Below are positions 1-9,283 of a stretch of DNA of 64,000 nt, piece after piece. The translations under genes and the position numbers were made by a program. This DNA comes from an uncultured Gammaproteobacteria bacterium. GTDB lineage: Bacteria > Pseudomonadota > Gammaproteobacteria > DRLM01. Position 1 is the stretch's first letter. Each line of letters opens with the position of its first letter. Location of the stretch: the NCBI GenBank assembly GCA_963729605.1, contig CAVSNY010000006.1:96001-160000 (forward strand). The letters are read 5' to 3'. The notes under the pieces were generated by a model, which was not told where the DNA came from, did no database searches, and saw nothing but the letters and a program-made list of their open reading frames with translations.

Positions 1-880
1 TCCGGCCTCACCTACTCGGCCGACCTCGCCTTTACCGGCGATTTCGGTGATCGCGGCACGGCATTTATCTACATCAACACCGCGCAAGGCACCGGCATCG
101 ATACCGGCGCGGCCACCGGCCCCAACGCCGACAATGAAACCGGCGACTTGGCCGCGGAAGGTTATAGCGAAACCCGCATCGCCGAGGCCTGGTATGAACT
201 CCCGCTCAATGAGATGACCCGCGTACGTTTCGGTAAGATCGACCCCACCGGCATCTACGACGGCAATATGGTCGCCAACGACGAAACCACCCAGTTTCTC
301 GCCGACACCTTCGTCAACAATGCCGCCATCGCCTTCCCCGGCTACACCGGCGGCATCAATCTCGCGATCACCCCCAATGAGGCCTGGTCGGTCAACGTCG
401 GTGTATTCGAATCCAGCGGCGATTTCGACGGTTCATTGGGCAACTCGTTCATCATCGGCGAAGTCGGTTTCGCCAACGAACTCGCCGGCCGGCCGGGAAA
501 TCTGCGCCTCACCAGCTGGTCTGAAGACTCCACTAAAAATAAAGGCTACGCCCTCAGCGTCGACCAAAGCGTCAGCGACAGCGTGACGCTGTTCGCGCGT
601 TACGGCAATCAGGACGATGAACAGGATTTCGACAACGCCTTCAGCCTGGGTGGACAACTGGCCTTGGGCGACAACACCCTCGGCGCCGGTTATTCGCTGC
701 TCACCACCACCGGCCTCGCCGGCCCGGACGACGAGTCGCAGATTGAACTCTATATACAGCCATACCGTGAATAAAAATCTGCACGTGACACTGGACCTGC
801 AATCGATCAGCAACCCCGGTTTCAACAGCGCGAACGATGACGTCTTCGTTTACGGTGTCCGCGGCCAGGTCGATTTTTAA
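1..880 (+). pseudogene. OprB-family carbohydrate-selective porin, 5' end outside the window, frameshifted near 754
   Basis: Frame 1 is open from base 1 (SGLTYSADLAF...RIAEAWYE...FGKIDPT...FARYG). The C-terminus YSHTVNKNLHVTLDLQSISNPG...YGVRGQVDF, ending in the porin-type Phe, is in another frame. One extra A in 'tatatacagc' explains the shift. Confidence 0.75.
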
Positions 881-924
881 ACTTGAAATAACCGGCGAAT
901 GTTCATTCAGCGAGGACTATTAAT

Positions 925-1713
925 ATGAGAAAAATGACCGTGGCAAAGGCGCTGTCCGGCCTTATCGGCATCACCATGGCGGGCGCGGCCAGCGCGCATT
1001 TTCAAATGGTGATCCCCTCCAGCGACATGGTAAGCACCCCCGCCGAGCGGAAGCTCAACCTGGACGTGAAATTTTGGCATCCCTTCGAAGGGCACGGCAT
1101 GGACATGGAATCACCCGCCAAATTCGGTGTATGGATCGACGGCGAAACCGTGGATCTGCGCAATAGCCTGAAGCCACAGACCTACACCGACGTGGAAGGG
1201 AAGAAGCATAAGGGTTTCCATGCCGACTACAGCCTTAAAAAACCGGGCGATCACATTTTCTTCATCGAACCCAAACCCTATTGGGAACCGTCGGAAGAGG
1301 CCTTCATCGTTCATTACACCAAAGTCGTGGTCAACGGCATGGGCCTGGAAGAAGGGTGGGATGAAGAACTCGGTCTCAAAACCGAAATCATACCGCTCAC
1401 CCGTCCTTACGGCCTGTATGCCGGCAACGTCTTCCAGGGAATAGTGAAGGTCAACGGCAAGCCCGTGCCTTTCACGGAAGTGGAAGTGGAGTATTACAAC
1501 GAAGACGGCAAATTGAAGGCATCCGCGGGGCCTTTGATCACCCAAGTGATCAAGGCCGACGCCAACGGTATCTTCACCTACGCCATGCCCAAGGCCGGCT
1601 GGTGGGGATTCGCCGCGCTGAATGAAGATGAAAAGAAAATGAAGCACGAGGGCAAGGACTACCCGGTGGAAATCGGCGCCCTGCTGTGGGTCAAGACCCA
1701 CAATATGAAATAG
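925..1713 (+). CDS. DUF4198 periplasmic protein (Ni/Co uptake-associated)
   Basis: Signal peptide then HFQMVIP; [22 protein letters not shown] and GWWGFAAL motifs; RBS gagga. Confidence 0.85.
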   Translation: MRKMTVAKALSGLIGITMAGAASAHFQMVIPSSDMVSTPAERKLNLDVKFWHPFEGHGMDMESPAKFGVWIDGETVDLRNSLKPQTYTDVEGKKHKGFHADYSLKKPGDHIFFIEPKPYWEPSEEAFIVHYTKVVVNGMGLEEGWDEELGLKTEIIPLTRPYGLYAGNVFQGIVKVNGKPVPFTEVEVEYYNEDGKLKASAGPLITQVIKADANGIFTYAMPKAGWWGFAALNEDEKKMKHEGKDYPVEIGALLWVKTHNMK

Positions 1714-1724
1714 GTCATACTACA

Positions 1725-1764
1725 TTTGGCTCGGCGGGGCCGATAAACATCTCGCCGAGCCAAA
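1725..1764 (+). terminator. Hairpin after the DUF4198 gene (possible terminator)
   Basis: tttggctcggcg...cgccgagccaaa, 12-bp inverted repeat; no strong U-tract. Confidence 0.5.
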
Positions 1765-1854
1765 CGTCCCGCGGTTTCCTATACTGGTCTCAAGCCGGGT
1801 CGACAATAGAGCATGACCCCGGCTTCTTCAACGCCAACTCGAAGGAGTACCACC

Positions 1855-2220
1855 ATGATTAAACGTCCTATGCTCGCCATGTTCTGGAACGCGGTCCTGC
1901 TCCTCGGCTGGTCGGGTTACGCCGCCGCCCACTCCAGCTTGCATCACTCGGACCCGGCCGCCAACAGCACGGTCGCCTCGCCGCCCGTGGTGCAACTCTG
2001 GTTCAGCAAACCTCTGGAAGCGTCATTCAGCAAAGTGAACGTCGTCGACGGGCAAGGCAAGACGGTGGACAAAGGCGATGGCGCGGTCAAAGGCGAAGAC
2101 GCCAAACTACTGGAAACAAGTCTGCCCCCCCTGGCGGCGGGCACCTATAAAGTCATTTGGCGCATCGTGGCGATGGACGGGCACAAGTCCAAGGGCGAAT
2201 ACAGCTTCACCGTCAAATAA
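1855..2220 (+). CDS. copC: Copper-binding protein CopC
   Basis: Signal peptide then N-terminal His (AHSSLHHSDPAAN); C-terminal WRIVAMDGH; RBS gaaggag before ATG 1855. Confidence 0.9.
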   Translation: MIKRPMLAMFWNAVLLLGWSGYAAAHSSLHHSDPAANSTVASPPVVQLWFSKPLEASFSKVNVVDGQGKTVDKGDGAVKGEDAKLLETSLPPLAAGTYKVIWRIVAMDGHKSKGEYSFTVK

Positions 2221-2232
2221 AGGCCGCCCACG

Positions 2233-3261
2233 GTGATCGACAATCCCGTCTCCGTCGCCGTCACGGCGATCGAGTTGGTCATCCTCGCCGCGGCCATGGG
2301 CGCCGTGGCCGGCGCATTGTGGATATTACCCGCCGGCAACAACACCTCATCGCCACAAAATCCGCCGCATCTGTATCGCCGGCTTAGCACGTTGTTAGGC
2401 TTGTGCCTGGTCGCCCTCACCTTCACCAGCCTTGCCGGCTTGCTGCTGCGCACCGCCAGCATGAGCGAGCTGCCGGTGTGGAGCGCCTTCCCGGCGCTGG
2501 GTACGGTACTCTTCAAAACCCATTTCGGGGAACTGTGGTTATGGCGGGCCGCGGCGCTGCTGGGCCTGTGGATCATCTGGGCGCTGCAACGACGTAATCC
2601 GTCATCACGCAGCCTGTCGGCCGGCGGATTCATCGCCCTGGCCGCCATCATCTTCACGCTCAGCGGCTCGGGTCACCCCGGCGACGACGGTCTGCTGTCC
2701 CTCGCCAATCTCGCCAACACCCTGCACATCATCGGGGCCTTTTTGTGGGGCGGCGGCATCATCGCCATGATGGTGATCATCCTGCCCGCCCTGCTGCGCG
2801 ACCGTACGGCCGCGCGCGAACTCATCGCACTGACCAGCTTGCGCCTGTCCACCCTGGCCGGCATCGCCCTGGCCATGGTGCTGGTGCCGGGCATATACAA
2901 CGCCTGGCTGCTGGTCGGCAGCTGGCGGGGCTTATGGGAAAATCTCTACGGGCAATTACTGCTGGCGAAGATCGTACTGGCCGGCGCCATGGCCGGCCTG
3001 GGCGCGCTCAATCGCTATGTGTACGTTCCGGCCATTCAGCGCCACGCCGGATTGCCCGAACCGCGCATCCTGCTGCCTCTGCCGCGCTTCATGCACACCC
3101 ATGACAACGCCGGCTCTCCAAAACACTTCCTCAAAAGCCTGCGCGTGGAAGCGGCCCTGCTGATCGGCGTACTCGCCTTCGCCGCCGCGCTCTCGCAACA
3201 GACACCGGCGGCCCATGATGAACATGATATGGCTGAACACACCGACCCGGCCTCCGAATAA
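2233..3261 (+). CDS. copD: Copper transport membrane protein CopD
   Basis: Multi-TM protein after copC; THFG-LW, SGHPG, LHIIGAFLWGGG, YGQLLLAKI and LGALNR motifs. Confidence 0.85.
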   Translation: MIDNPVSVAVTAIELVILAAAMGAVAGALWILPAGNNTSSPQNPPHLYRRLSTLLGLCLVALTFTSLAGLLLRTASMSELPVWSAFPALGTVLFKTHFGELWLWRAAALLGLWIIWALQRRNPSSRSLSAGGFIALAAIIFTLSGSGHPGDDGLLSLANLANTLHIIGAFLWGGGIIAMMVIILPALLRDRTAARELIALTSLRLSTLAGIALAMVLVPGIYNAWLLVGSWRGLWENLYGQLLLAKIVLAGAMAGLGALNRYVYVPAIQRHAGLPEPRILLPLPRFMHTHDNAGSPKHFLKSLRVEAALLIGVLAFAAALSQQTPAAHDEHDMAEHTDPASE

Positions 3262-3288
3262 TTGAAACGCCGTCGGCGGCGTCTTCAT

Positions 3289-3442
3289 CTTAAAACCGCA
3301 GAGACCAGACACGGAGATCACGAGGACACGGAAATCAGGAAAGTGTGGCATTGGGCGAGCCAATCCGCAGCGTGACTTCGACACGGTAGTTGATCTCCCC
3401 GTAATCTCCGCGCCCCGTGGTCAACGGCTTTTTTAGGTTTAA
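3289..3442. repeat. Degenerate imperfect inverted-repeat element between convergent copD and glcF
   Basis: cacggagatcacgaggacacgga pairs imperfectly with ccccgtaatctccgcgccccgtgg. Confidence 0.4.
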
Positions 3443-4657
3443 TCAACAACCACCGTCGAGCAATTCCACCCAATGCCGCACCTGTACCGCGGCCCCGCTT
3501 TGCAAATGCAGCTGACAGCCGATGTTGGCGGTGACGATGAGGTCGGGCGCGCCGGCTTGCAGCGCGGTGAGTTTATTGGCGAGTAATTGTTGCGAGAGTT
3601 CCGGCTGCAGGATCGAATAGGTGCCCGCCGAGCCACAGCAGAGATGTCCGTCCGCCACCGCGGTGAGTTGATACCCGCAACGGCGCAACACATCTTCGAC
3701 CACGCCGTTGACTTGTTGTCCATGCTGTAAAGTGCAGGGCGCGTGAAACGCCACCTTGCGGCCGCGGCCGTTCACGGTCAGCGTTTCCACCTGCTCACCC
3801 GCGAGAATCTCGCCGAGGTCTTTGGTCAAGGCGCTGATACGCGCGGCCTTGGCCGCGTAAACAGGATCATCGTGCAATAATGCGCCGTAATCCTTCACCA
3901 CCGCACCGCACCCGCTCGCCGTCATCACGATGGCCTCCGCGCCCGCCTCGACGTGGGGCCACCACGCATCGATGTTGCGGCGCATGAAATTGCGCGCATC
4001 GTCGTGCGCCGAGAGATGATGGCTGAGCGCGCCGCAACAGCCGGCATCCACGGCGCGGATCAAACTAATGCCCAGCTTGTCCAAGACCCGCGCCGCCGCC
4101 GCGTTGGTATTGGGCGCCGCGGCGGGTTGCACGCAGCCGTCGAGCACCAGCATCTTGCGCGCGTGGCGCGCGACCGGCCAAGCCGCCGCGGCCTGCACCG
4201 CCGGTATTTTCTTGCGCAAGGCCGCCGGCAAAAAAGGCCGCAGCGCACGGCCGATGCGCAACAGCGCGGCGAAACGTTGCGGATAAGGAATCAGCGCGCG
4301 CAACACGGCGCGCCGCGCGCGTGCGCCGAACGAGCGCGGTACCTTTTCCTCCACCATCGCCCGGCCGATGTCGACCAGCCGGCCGTAACGCACGCCCGAC
4401 GGACAGGTGGTTTCACAGGAGCGGCAGGTGAGACAGCGGTCGAGATGCAGCTGAGTCTTCTCCGTGACCGGGCCGCCCTCCAGCACCTGCTTGATGAGAT
4501 AGATGCGGCCGCGCGGACTATCCAGTTCATCGCCGAGCAATTGATAAGTGGGACAGGTGGCGGTGCAGAAACCGCAATGCACGCAGGAACGCAGGATGGC
4601 ATCCGCCTCCCGGCCTTCGGGCGTGTCTTTTACCGCATCGCTGAGTGACGTCTGCAT
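3443..4657 (-). CDS. glcF: Glycolate dehydrogenase iron-sulfur subunit
   Basis: CVHCGFCTATCP and CLTCRSCETTCP ferredoxin motifs; two CCG domains; TANIGCQLHL. Confidence 0.95.
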   Translation of the reverse strand: MQTSLSDAVKDTPEGREADAILRSCVHCGFCTATCPTYQLLGDELDSPRGRIYLIKQVLEGGPVTEKTQLHLDRCLTCRSCETTCPSGVRYGRLVDIGRAMVEEKVPRSFGARARRAVLRALIPYPQRFAALLRIGRALRPFLPAALRKKIPAVQAAAAWPVARHARKMLVLDGCVQPAAAPNTNAAAARVLDKLGISLIRAVDAGCCGALSHHLSAHDDARNFMRRNIDAWWPHVEAGAEAIVMTASGCGAVVKDYGALLHDDPVYAAKAARISALTKDLGEILAGEQVETLTVNGRGRKVAFHAPCTLQHGQQVNGVVEDVLRRCGYQLTAVADGHLCCGSAGTYSILQPELSQQLLANKLTALQAGAPDLIVTANIGCQLHLQSGAAVQVRHWVELLDGGC

Positions 4658-4692
4658 AATTTAAGCTTTACACGATCGCTAATGACTGGTGA

Positions 4693-5745
4693 TTACAACG
4701 CCGCATACATCCGCCCGCGATTGAATATCCCTTTGGGGTCGAAGGCCTGCTTCACCCGTTGCTGCAAGGTCAGCAGCGCGGGCGGCAAGGGATGGAAACG
4801 TTCATCGCCCGCACCGCCGCGAAACAACAGCGCATGGCCGCCGGCCTGTTCAGCGGCCTTGCGCACAGTAGCGGCGTCGGCCGCGGTTTTCAACCAACGC
4901 AGCGCTCCGCCCCACTCCAGCAGCCAGTCACCGGCGAGGGCCAGCGGCGGCGTCGCGGGCGGCACCGATAGCCGCCACAGCAGCGTAGCATCATCGAAAA
5001 ACGCATGGCGCTGCTCGCGCACCCGTTGCCAGAACTCGGCGGCGTCATCGACGATCTCGCCGCCGATCTGCCGGTGCGCACTCTCGACCGCCGACGCGGC
5101 GCCCGACAGCCGCACGTACAACACACCGGCGGCCACACAGGTCGCCGAGACCGGCAGCGGCCGCCCCGCCCAGCGATTCATCTGCGCGATCGCGTCGACG
5201 CCGGGCAGCGCGAGGGTGAGCTCGTACGCGGGCCGCGGCAATACTTTCAAGCTCACATCGAGGATCACGCCGAGCGTGCCCAGCGCACCCGTCATCAGCC
5301 GCGACACATCATAACCCGCGACGTTCTTCATCACCTCGCCGCCGAAATGCAGCACCTCACCGCGGCCGTTGATGATGGCCATTCCCAGCACGAAATCGCG
5401 CGCCGCGCCCGCATACGCGCGCCGCGGCCCCGACAGACCGCAGGCGATGGTCCCGCCCAGCGTCGCCGCGTCGCCGTAATGCGGCGGCTCGAAGGCGAGG
5501 ATCTGCTTGTGCTCTTCCAGCGCGGCCTCGATCTCGCGCAGCGGCGTGCCCGCGCGCGCCGTGAGCACAAGCTCGGTCGGCTGATAATGGACGATGCCGC
5601 GATGACCCGTCACATCGAGCGGCTCGCCTTCTGCCGCGCTGCCGAGAAAGGCCTTCGTCCCGCCGCCAACGATGCGCAGCGGCGCCGCGCGCGCGAGCGC
5701 ATCGCGCACCTGCGTCTCAAGCTGGGAGGTCAAATCCTTGTACAT
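4693..5745 (-). CDS. glcE: Glycolate dehydrogenase FAD subunit (start uncertain, 5745 or 5772)
   Basis: GGGTK, FEPPH, GGEVMKNVAGYDVSRL and FDPKGIFNRGRMY motifs. Confidence 0.93.
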   Translation of the reverse strand: MYKDLTSQLETQVRDALARAAPLRIVGGGTKAFLGSAAEGEPLDVTGHRGIVHYQPTELVLTARAGTPLREIEAALEEHKQILAFEPPHYGDAATLGGTIACGLSGPRRAYAGAARDFVLGMAIINGRGEVLHFGGEVMKNVAGYDVSRLMTGALGTLGVILDVSLKVLPRPAYELTLALPGVDAIAQMNRWAGRPLPVSATCVAAGVLYVRLSGAASAVESAHRQIGGEIVDDAAEFWQRVREQRHAFFDDATLLWRLSVPPATPPLALAGDWLLEWGGALRWLKTAADAATVRKAAEQAGGHALLFRGGAGDERFHPLPPALLTLQQRVKQAFDPKGIFNRGRMYAAL

Positions 5746-5774
5746 GAGCACACAGCAGGACGTGCGATCCACAT

Positions 5775-5990
5775 CCCCCGTAGACGCAGCCGAGCATCGC
5801 AGATCAGGAGAGAACAGGCCCGCAGGGGCGCGGCAAGGATGCCGCGCGTTTTCCGACAGGCCAGGGAGGGCCTGTCGGAAAACCCCTCTCCTGATCGAGA
5901 AGCGCAGGGTACCCGCAGGGCAAGTCTCCGGGCGGCCTTTCTTTTGGTTACTTTTCTTTGGCCGCGCAAAGAAAAGTAACTCGCCCGCGG
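5775..5990. repeat. Highly structured non-coding palindromic element between glcD and glcE; degenerate partial copy at about 6027-6065
   Basis: Perfect stems 5802-5812/5886-5896 (11 bp), 5828-5835/5840-5847 (8 bp), 5848-5862/5869-5883 (15 bp), 5947-5960/5967-5980 (14 bp). Confidence 0.75.
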
Positions 5991-6106
5991 TGCGAGAACC
6001 GCATTAAATAATGCCTTCTGGTCAACGTTTTTTGGGGACGCAAAGAAAAGCAGATCGCTCGCGGTGCGAACGGCGTAGTCGAGAATACGTTTACATAGCG
6101 CTTGCA

Positions 6107-7600
6107 TCAAAATCTATCCAACTCCGGAAAGCGTACCTGCCCGGCATGCACATGCATCGCCCCGAACTCCGCGCAGCGATGCAGCGTCGGCACCGCCTTG
6201 CCCGGATTCAGCAAGCCCGCCGGGTCGAACGCCGCTTTGATCGCGTGAAATTGCTGCAACTCCGCCGGCCGGAACTGCACGCACATCTGATCGATCTTCT
6301 CCATGCCGACGCCGTGCTCGCCGGTGATCGTGCCGCCGACCGCGACGCAGAGCTCCAGTATCTTGCCGCCGAATTCCTCTGTGCGTTGCAGCTCGCCCGG
6401 CTTGTTGGCGTCGTACAAGATCAATGGATGCAGATTGCCGTCGCCGGCATGAAACACATTGGCGACCGGCAGATTGTATTCATGCGACAGCTCGGCGATG
6501 CGCCGCAACACCGCCGGCAAATGCCGACGGGGGATGGTGCCGTCCATGCAATAATAATCGGGCGCGAGGCGGCCCACCGCGGGAAACGCCGCCTTGCGGC
6601 CTTTCCACAACATGGCGCGTTCGTGCTCGTCGCGCGCCGTGCGCACTTCCACCGCGCCACACAGCGCGAGAATGTCGTGGATGTGCATGATGTGCTCGGA
6701 CACCTCTTCATTGGTCCCGTCGACCTCGCACAGCAGAATCGCCTCGGCGTTGAGCGGGTATCCGGCATGTACGAAATCCTCGGCGGCCTTGATCGCGAGC
6801 CGATCCATCATCTCGAGGCCAGCCGGGATGATGCCCGCGGCGATGATCTCGCCCACCGCCGCGCCCGCCTTCACGACGTCGTCGAAGGCCGCGAGCACGA
6901 CCTGCGCGCGTTCGGGCAGCGGCAGCAGCTTCACCGTCACCTCGACGATGACGCCGAGCATGCCCTCCGAGCCGTGGAACAACGCGAGCAAGTCATAACC
7001 CGGCGCATCGAGTGCGTCGCCGCCGAGGGTCAGCCGCTCGCCCTCGGCGGTGACGATCTCGAGCTTCAGCACATTGTGCACGGTGAGCCCGTATTTGAGG
7101 CAATGCACGCCGCCCGAGTTCTCGGCGACGTTGCCGCCGATGGTGCAGGCGATCTGCGACGAGGGATCGGGCGCGTAATAAAGGCCGTGCGGCGCCGCGG
7201 CCTGCGAGATCGCGAGATTGCGCACGCCGGGCTGTACGCGCGCGGTGCGGTTGAGCGGATCGATCGCGAGGATGGATTTGAACTTGGCGAGGCTCAGCAC
7301 CACACCGTGCTCGTGCGGCAACGCGCCGCCCGACAGGCCGGTGCCGGCGCCGCGCGCCACCACCGGCACGCCGCGGGCGTGACAGAGCCGCATCACGGCC
7401 TGCACCTGTTCGATCGTGCTCGGCAGCACGACGATCATGGGCAAACGGCGATAGGCCGAGAGGCCGTCGCATTCGTAGGGACGCAGGTCTTCCTCGTCGC
7501 AGAGCACGGCCTCGCGCGGCAGCAATGCGCGCAGCGCCGCCAGCAACGCATCCTTCTCGGCGCCCGTGTATTTCACCGTCGGCTGTTCATGCATGCTCAT
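6107..7600 (-). CDS. glcD: Glycolate dehydrogenase FAD-linked subunit
   Basis: ARGAGTGLSGG, YAPDPSSQIACTIGGN, HAGDGNLHP, GEHGVG and LHRCAEFGAMHVH motifs. Confidence 0.96.
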   Translation of the reverse strand: MSMHEQPTVKYTGAEKDALLAALRALLPREAVLCDEEDLRPYECDGLSAYRRLPMIVVLPSTIEQVQAVMRLCHARGVPVVARGAGTGLSGGALPHEHGVVLSLAKFKSILAIDPLNRTARVQPGVRNLAISQAAAPHGLYYAPDPSSQIACTIGGNVAENSGGVHCLKYGLTVHNVLKLEIVTAEGERLTLGGDALDAPGYDLLALFHGSEGMLGVIVEVTVKLLPLPERAQVVLAAFDDVVKAGAAVGEIIAAGIIPAGLEMMDRLAIKAAEDFVHAGYPLNAEAILLCEVDGTNEEVSEHIMHIHDILALCGAVEVRTARDEHERAMLWKGRKAAFPAVGRLAPDYYCMDGTIPRRHLPAVLRRIAELSHEYNLPVANVFHAGDGNLHPLILYDANKPGELQRTEEFGGKILELCVAVGGTITGEHGVGMEKIDQMCVQFRPAELQQFHAIKAAFDPAGLLNPGKAVPTLHRCAEFGAMHVHAGQVRFPELDRF

Positions 7601-7686
7601 CTATCGCGCACTTTAAAGATCGGCATTGGACGCATTATGCCTCAGCCGCCGCATCGGCGCAGCGTGAAAGGTCCGCGGCCGGCGGT

Positions 7687-9012
7687 TCACCGCGGCGGCC
7701 GCAGCCGCCGGAACACCGTCGCGAGTGCCTGCTCGTCGCCGACGTTGCCCGGAAAGATCACGACCGGCATGTCGGGAAACCGCGGGTGATCCGCCGGGCA
7801 GCGCACCACCGAGCAGCCCGCGAGGATCTGGCCGAGCACGCGCGCGCTCTTGAGCGCGAGGCCGCTGCTCAGCACGTCGTTCGAAGTGATGCCGCCCTTG
7901 CTGATCAAAAAACCGAGCTCGGCCGGCAGCGCGCGCACGACGTCCATCAAAAAGGCCGAGACGCGTTCGCCGAACGCGAGACGCGTCTCCGTATCGGCGA
8001 AGCGCATTTCGGTGCGGCTGGTGTAGATCACGGGCGTAAGATCGGAACGATGCGCCTCCGCCGCGGCCTGTTCGACCTGCCGCAACAGGGCCGTGCGCTC
8101 GCCGTCGATGCGCGCGACGTCGATCTCGATCGGCACGGCGTCCGGCTCCTTCAGCAACTGTTCCAACTGCAAGGTGCTCTTGCGCACATGCGAGCCGACG
8201 ACGACCGCACCCGCGCGGCCGCCGCGCACGTAGTTCGCCATGGCCTCGGCGGCGACCGGCTGCGGCGGCAGCGCCGCGAGCGCGGTGAGCAGGCTCGCGG
8301 CGCTGCGGAACAAGAAGCGCTTGCCCTCGGCCGCGGCGCGTTTGATCTCGGCGGCGAAGTGGTCGAGATCGGCCTGGCGTTCGGCGTCGACCACGCCGCA
8401 GCGGTTGCCGTGCAATTGCAGCAGCCGCGGCAACAGCCCGCCGCGCACGTCGGCCAGCAGAAAACGTTCGACGTCCTGCGCGGCGATGCGGCCGCGGGTC
8501 TTTTCTTCGACGTAGGCCGGCAGATAGCTCGTGGTGTAGCCGAACACCGAGTCGCGCGCGAACTCGGTCTCGTGGGTCGGCACCGGGCGGCCATCGACGA
8601 TCAAATAGTGAATGCTGTCGCGGGTGATACGGCCGCCTTCGAAAAACGCCGGCACCAGGAAGTGCGCGTCGAAGGGGCCGAGCTCCTCGGCAATCACATC
8701 GGTCTCGACCGGATAATGGCCACGCAAGGTCGAATCGGAACGGCTCACCAGCACGGGATTGATCGCGCGGCCCTCACCGCGCAAGCCATCGAGCGCGGTC
8801 TTGAGATTGCGGCACACCTCGCGCGTCACCGCCGCCGCGCGCGGCGCATCCATGCCGCGGGTGTTGGTGAGCACGAAGAACAGCGGCGCGGCGTCGAGCA
8901 AGGCCGCCCGCAGCGTGGCCACGTCCCAGCGCGTCAGCAGCAGGCAGCCGTGTACGGTCTGCGAGCCGGTCGGGTCGTCATCGAGGACGATGATCTTTGT
9001 TTGTTCGCTCAT
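7687..9012 (-). CDS. Four-carbon acid-sugar kinase family protein (DUF1537), DDDPTG subtype
   Basis: IIVLDDDPTGSQTVH, LTNTR, SRSDSTLRGH, VGSHV, SKGGITS and IFPGNVG motifs; start at ATG 9012 (the upstream extension is repeat sequence). Confidence 0.9.
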   Translation of the reverse strand: MSEQTKIIVLDDDPTGSQTVHGCLLLTRWDVATLRAALLDAAPLFFVLTNTRGMDAPRAAAVTREVCRNLKTALDGLRGEGRAINPVLVSRSDSTLRGHYPVETDVIAEELGPFDAHFLVPAFFEGGRITRDSIHYLIVDGRPVPTHETEFARDSVFGYTTSYLPAYVEEKTRGRIAAQDVERFLLADVRGGLLPRLLQLHGNRCGVVDAERQADLDHFAAEIKRAAAEGKRFLFRSAASLLTALAALPPQPVAAEAMANYVRGGRAGAVVVGSHVRKSTLQLEQLLKEPDAVPIEIDVARIDGERTALLRQVEQAAAEAHRSDLTPVIYTSRTEMRFADTETRLAFGERVSAFLMDVVRALPAELGFLISKGGITSNDVLSSGLALKSARVLGQILAGCSVVRCPADHPRFPDMPVVIFPGNVGDEQALATVFRRLRPPR

Positions 9013-9035
9013 GGATAAATCACTCTTCTCCAACT

Positions 9036-9224
9036 CCCCCCGCTCCCGCGGGCGGGGAGAGGGGCGGGGTGAGGGTTCCGAAAGAATCTTCACTGCGCGA
9101 GGAGCACCATTTCTTTTCCGTCCCTCACCCGGCCCTGCGGGCCACCCTCTCCCGCCCGCGGGAGAGGGGCAGCGCGATAGCGGTGTGCCCTCTTTAGCTA
9201 CCCTCTTCCGCGTGCGGGAGAGTG
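9036..9224. repeat. Cluster of BoxC/REP-like palindromes: inverted doublet 9036-9075 and 9122-9168, plus degenerate 9188-9224
   Basis: ccctcaccc...ccctctcccgcccgcgggagaggg and its reverse complement. Confidence 0.8.
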
Positions 9225-9283
9225 AAAAGCAATGCAGCGTTGGGTACGTTCACAAACATGAACCCAAGCCCTTTGGCTCGAGC

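Noticed and set aside
750-775. Programmed frameshift in the porin
   Set aside because: No slippery heptamer or stimulatory structure; a simple insertion is more likely
9013-9093. PSPRPSPRPRERG N-terminal extension of the kinase
   Set aside because: It is the translation of the BoxC/REP-like repeat
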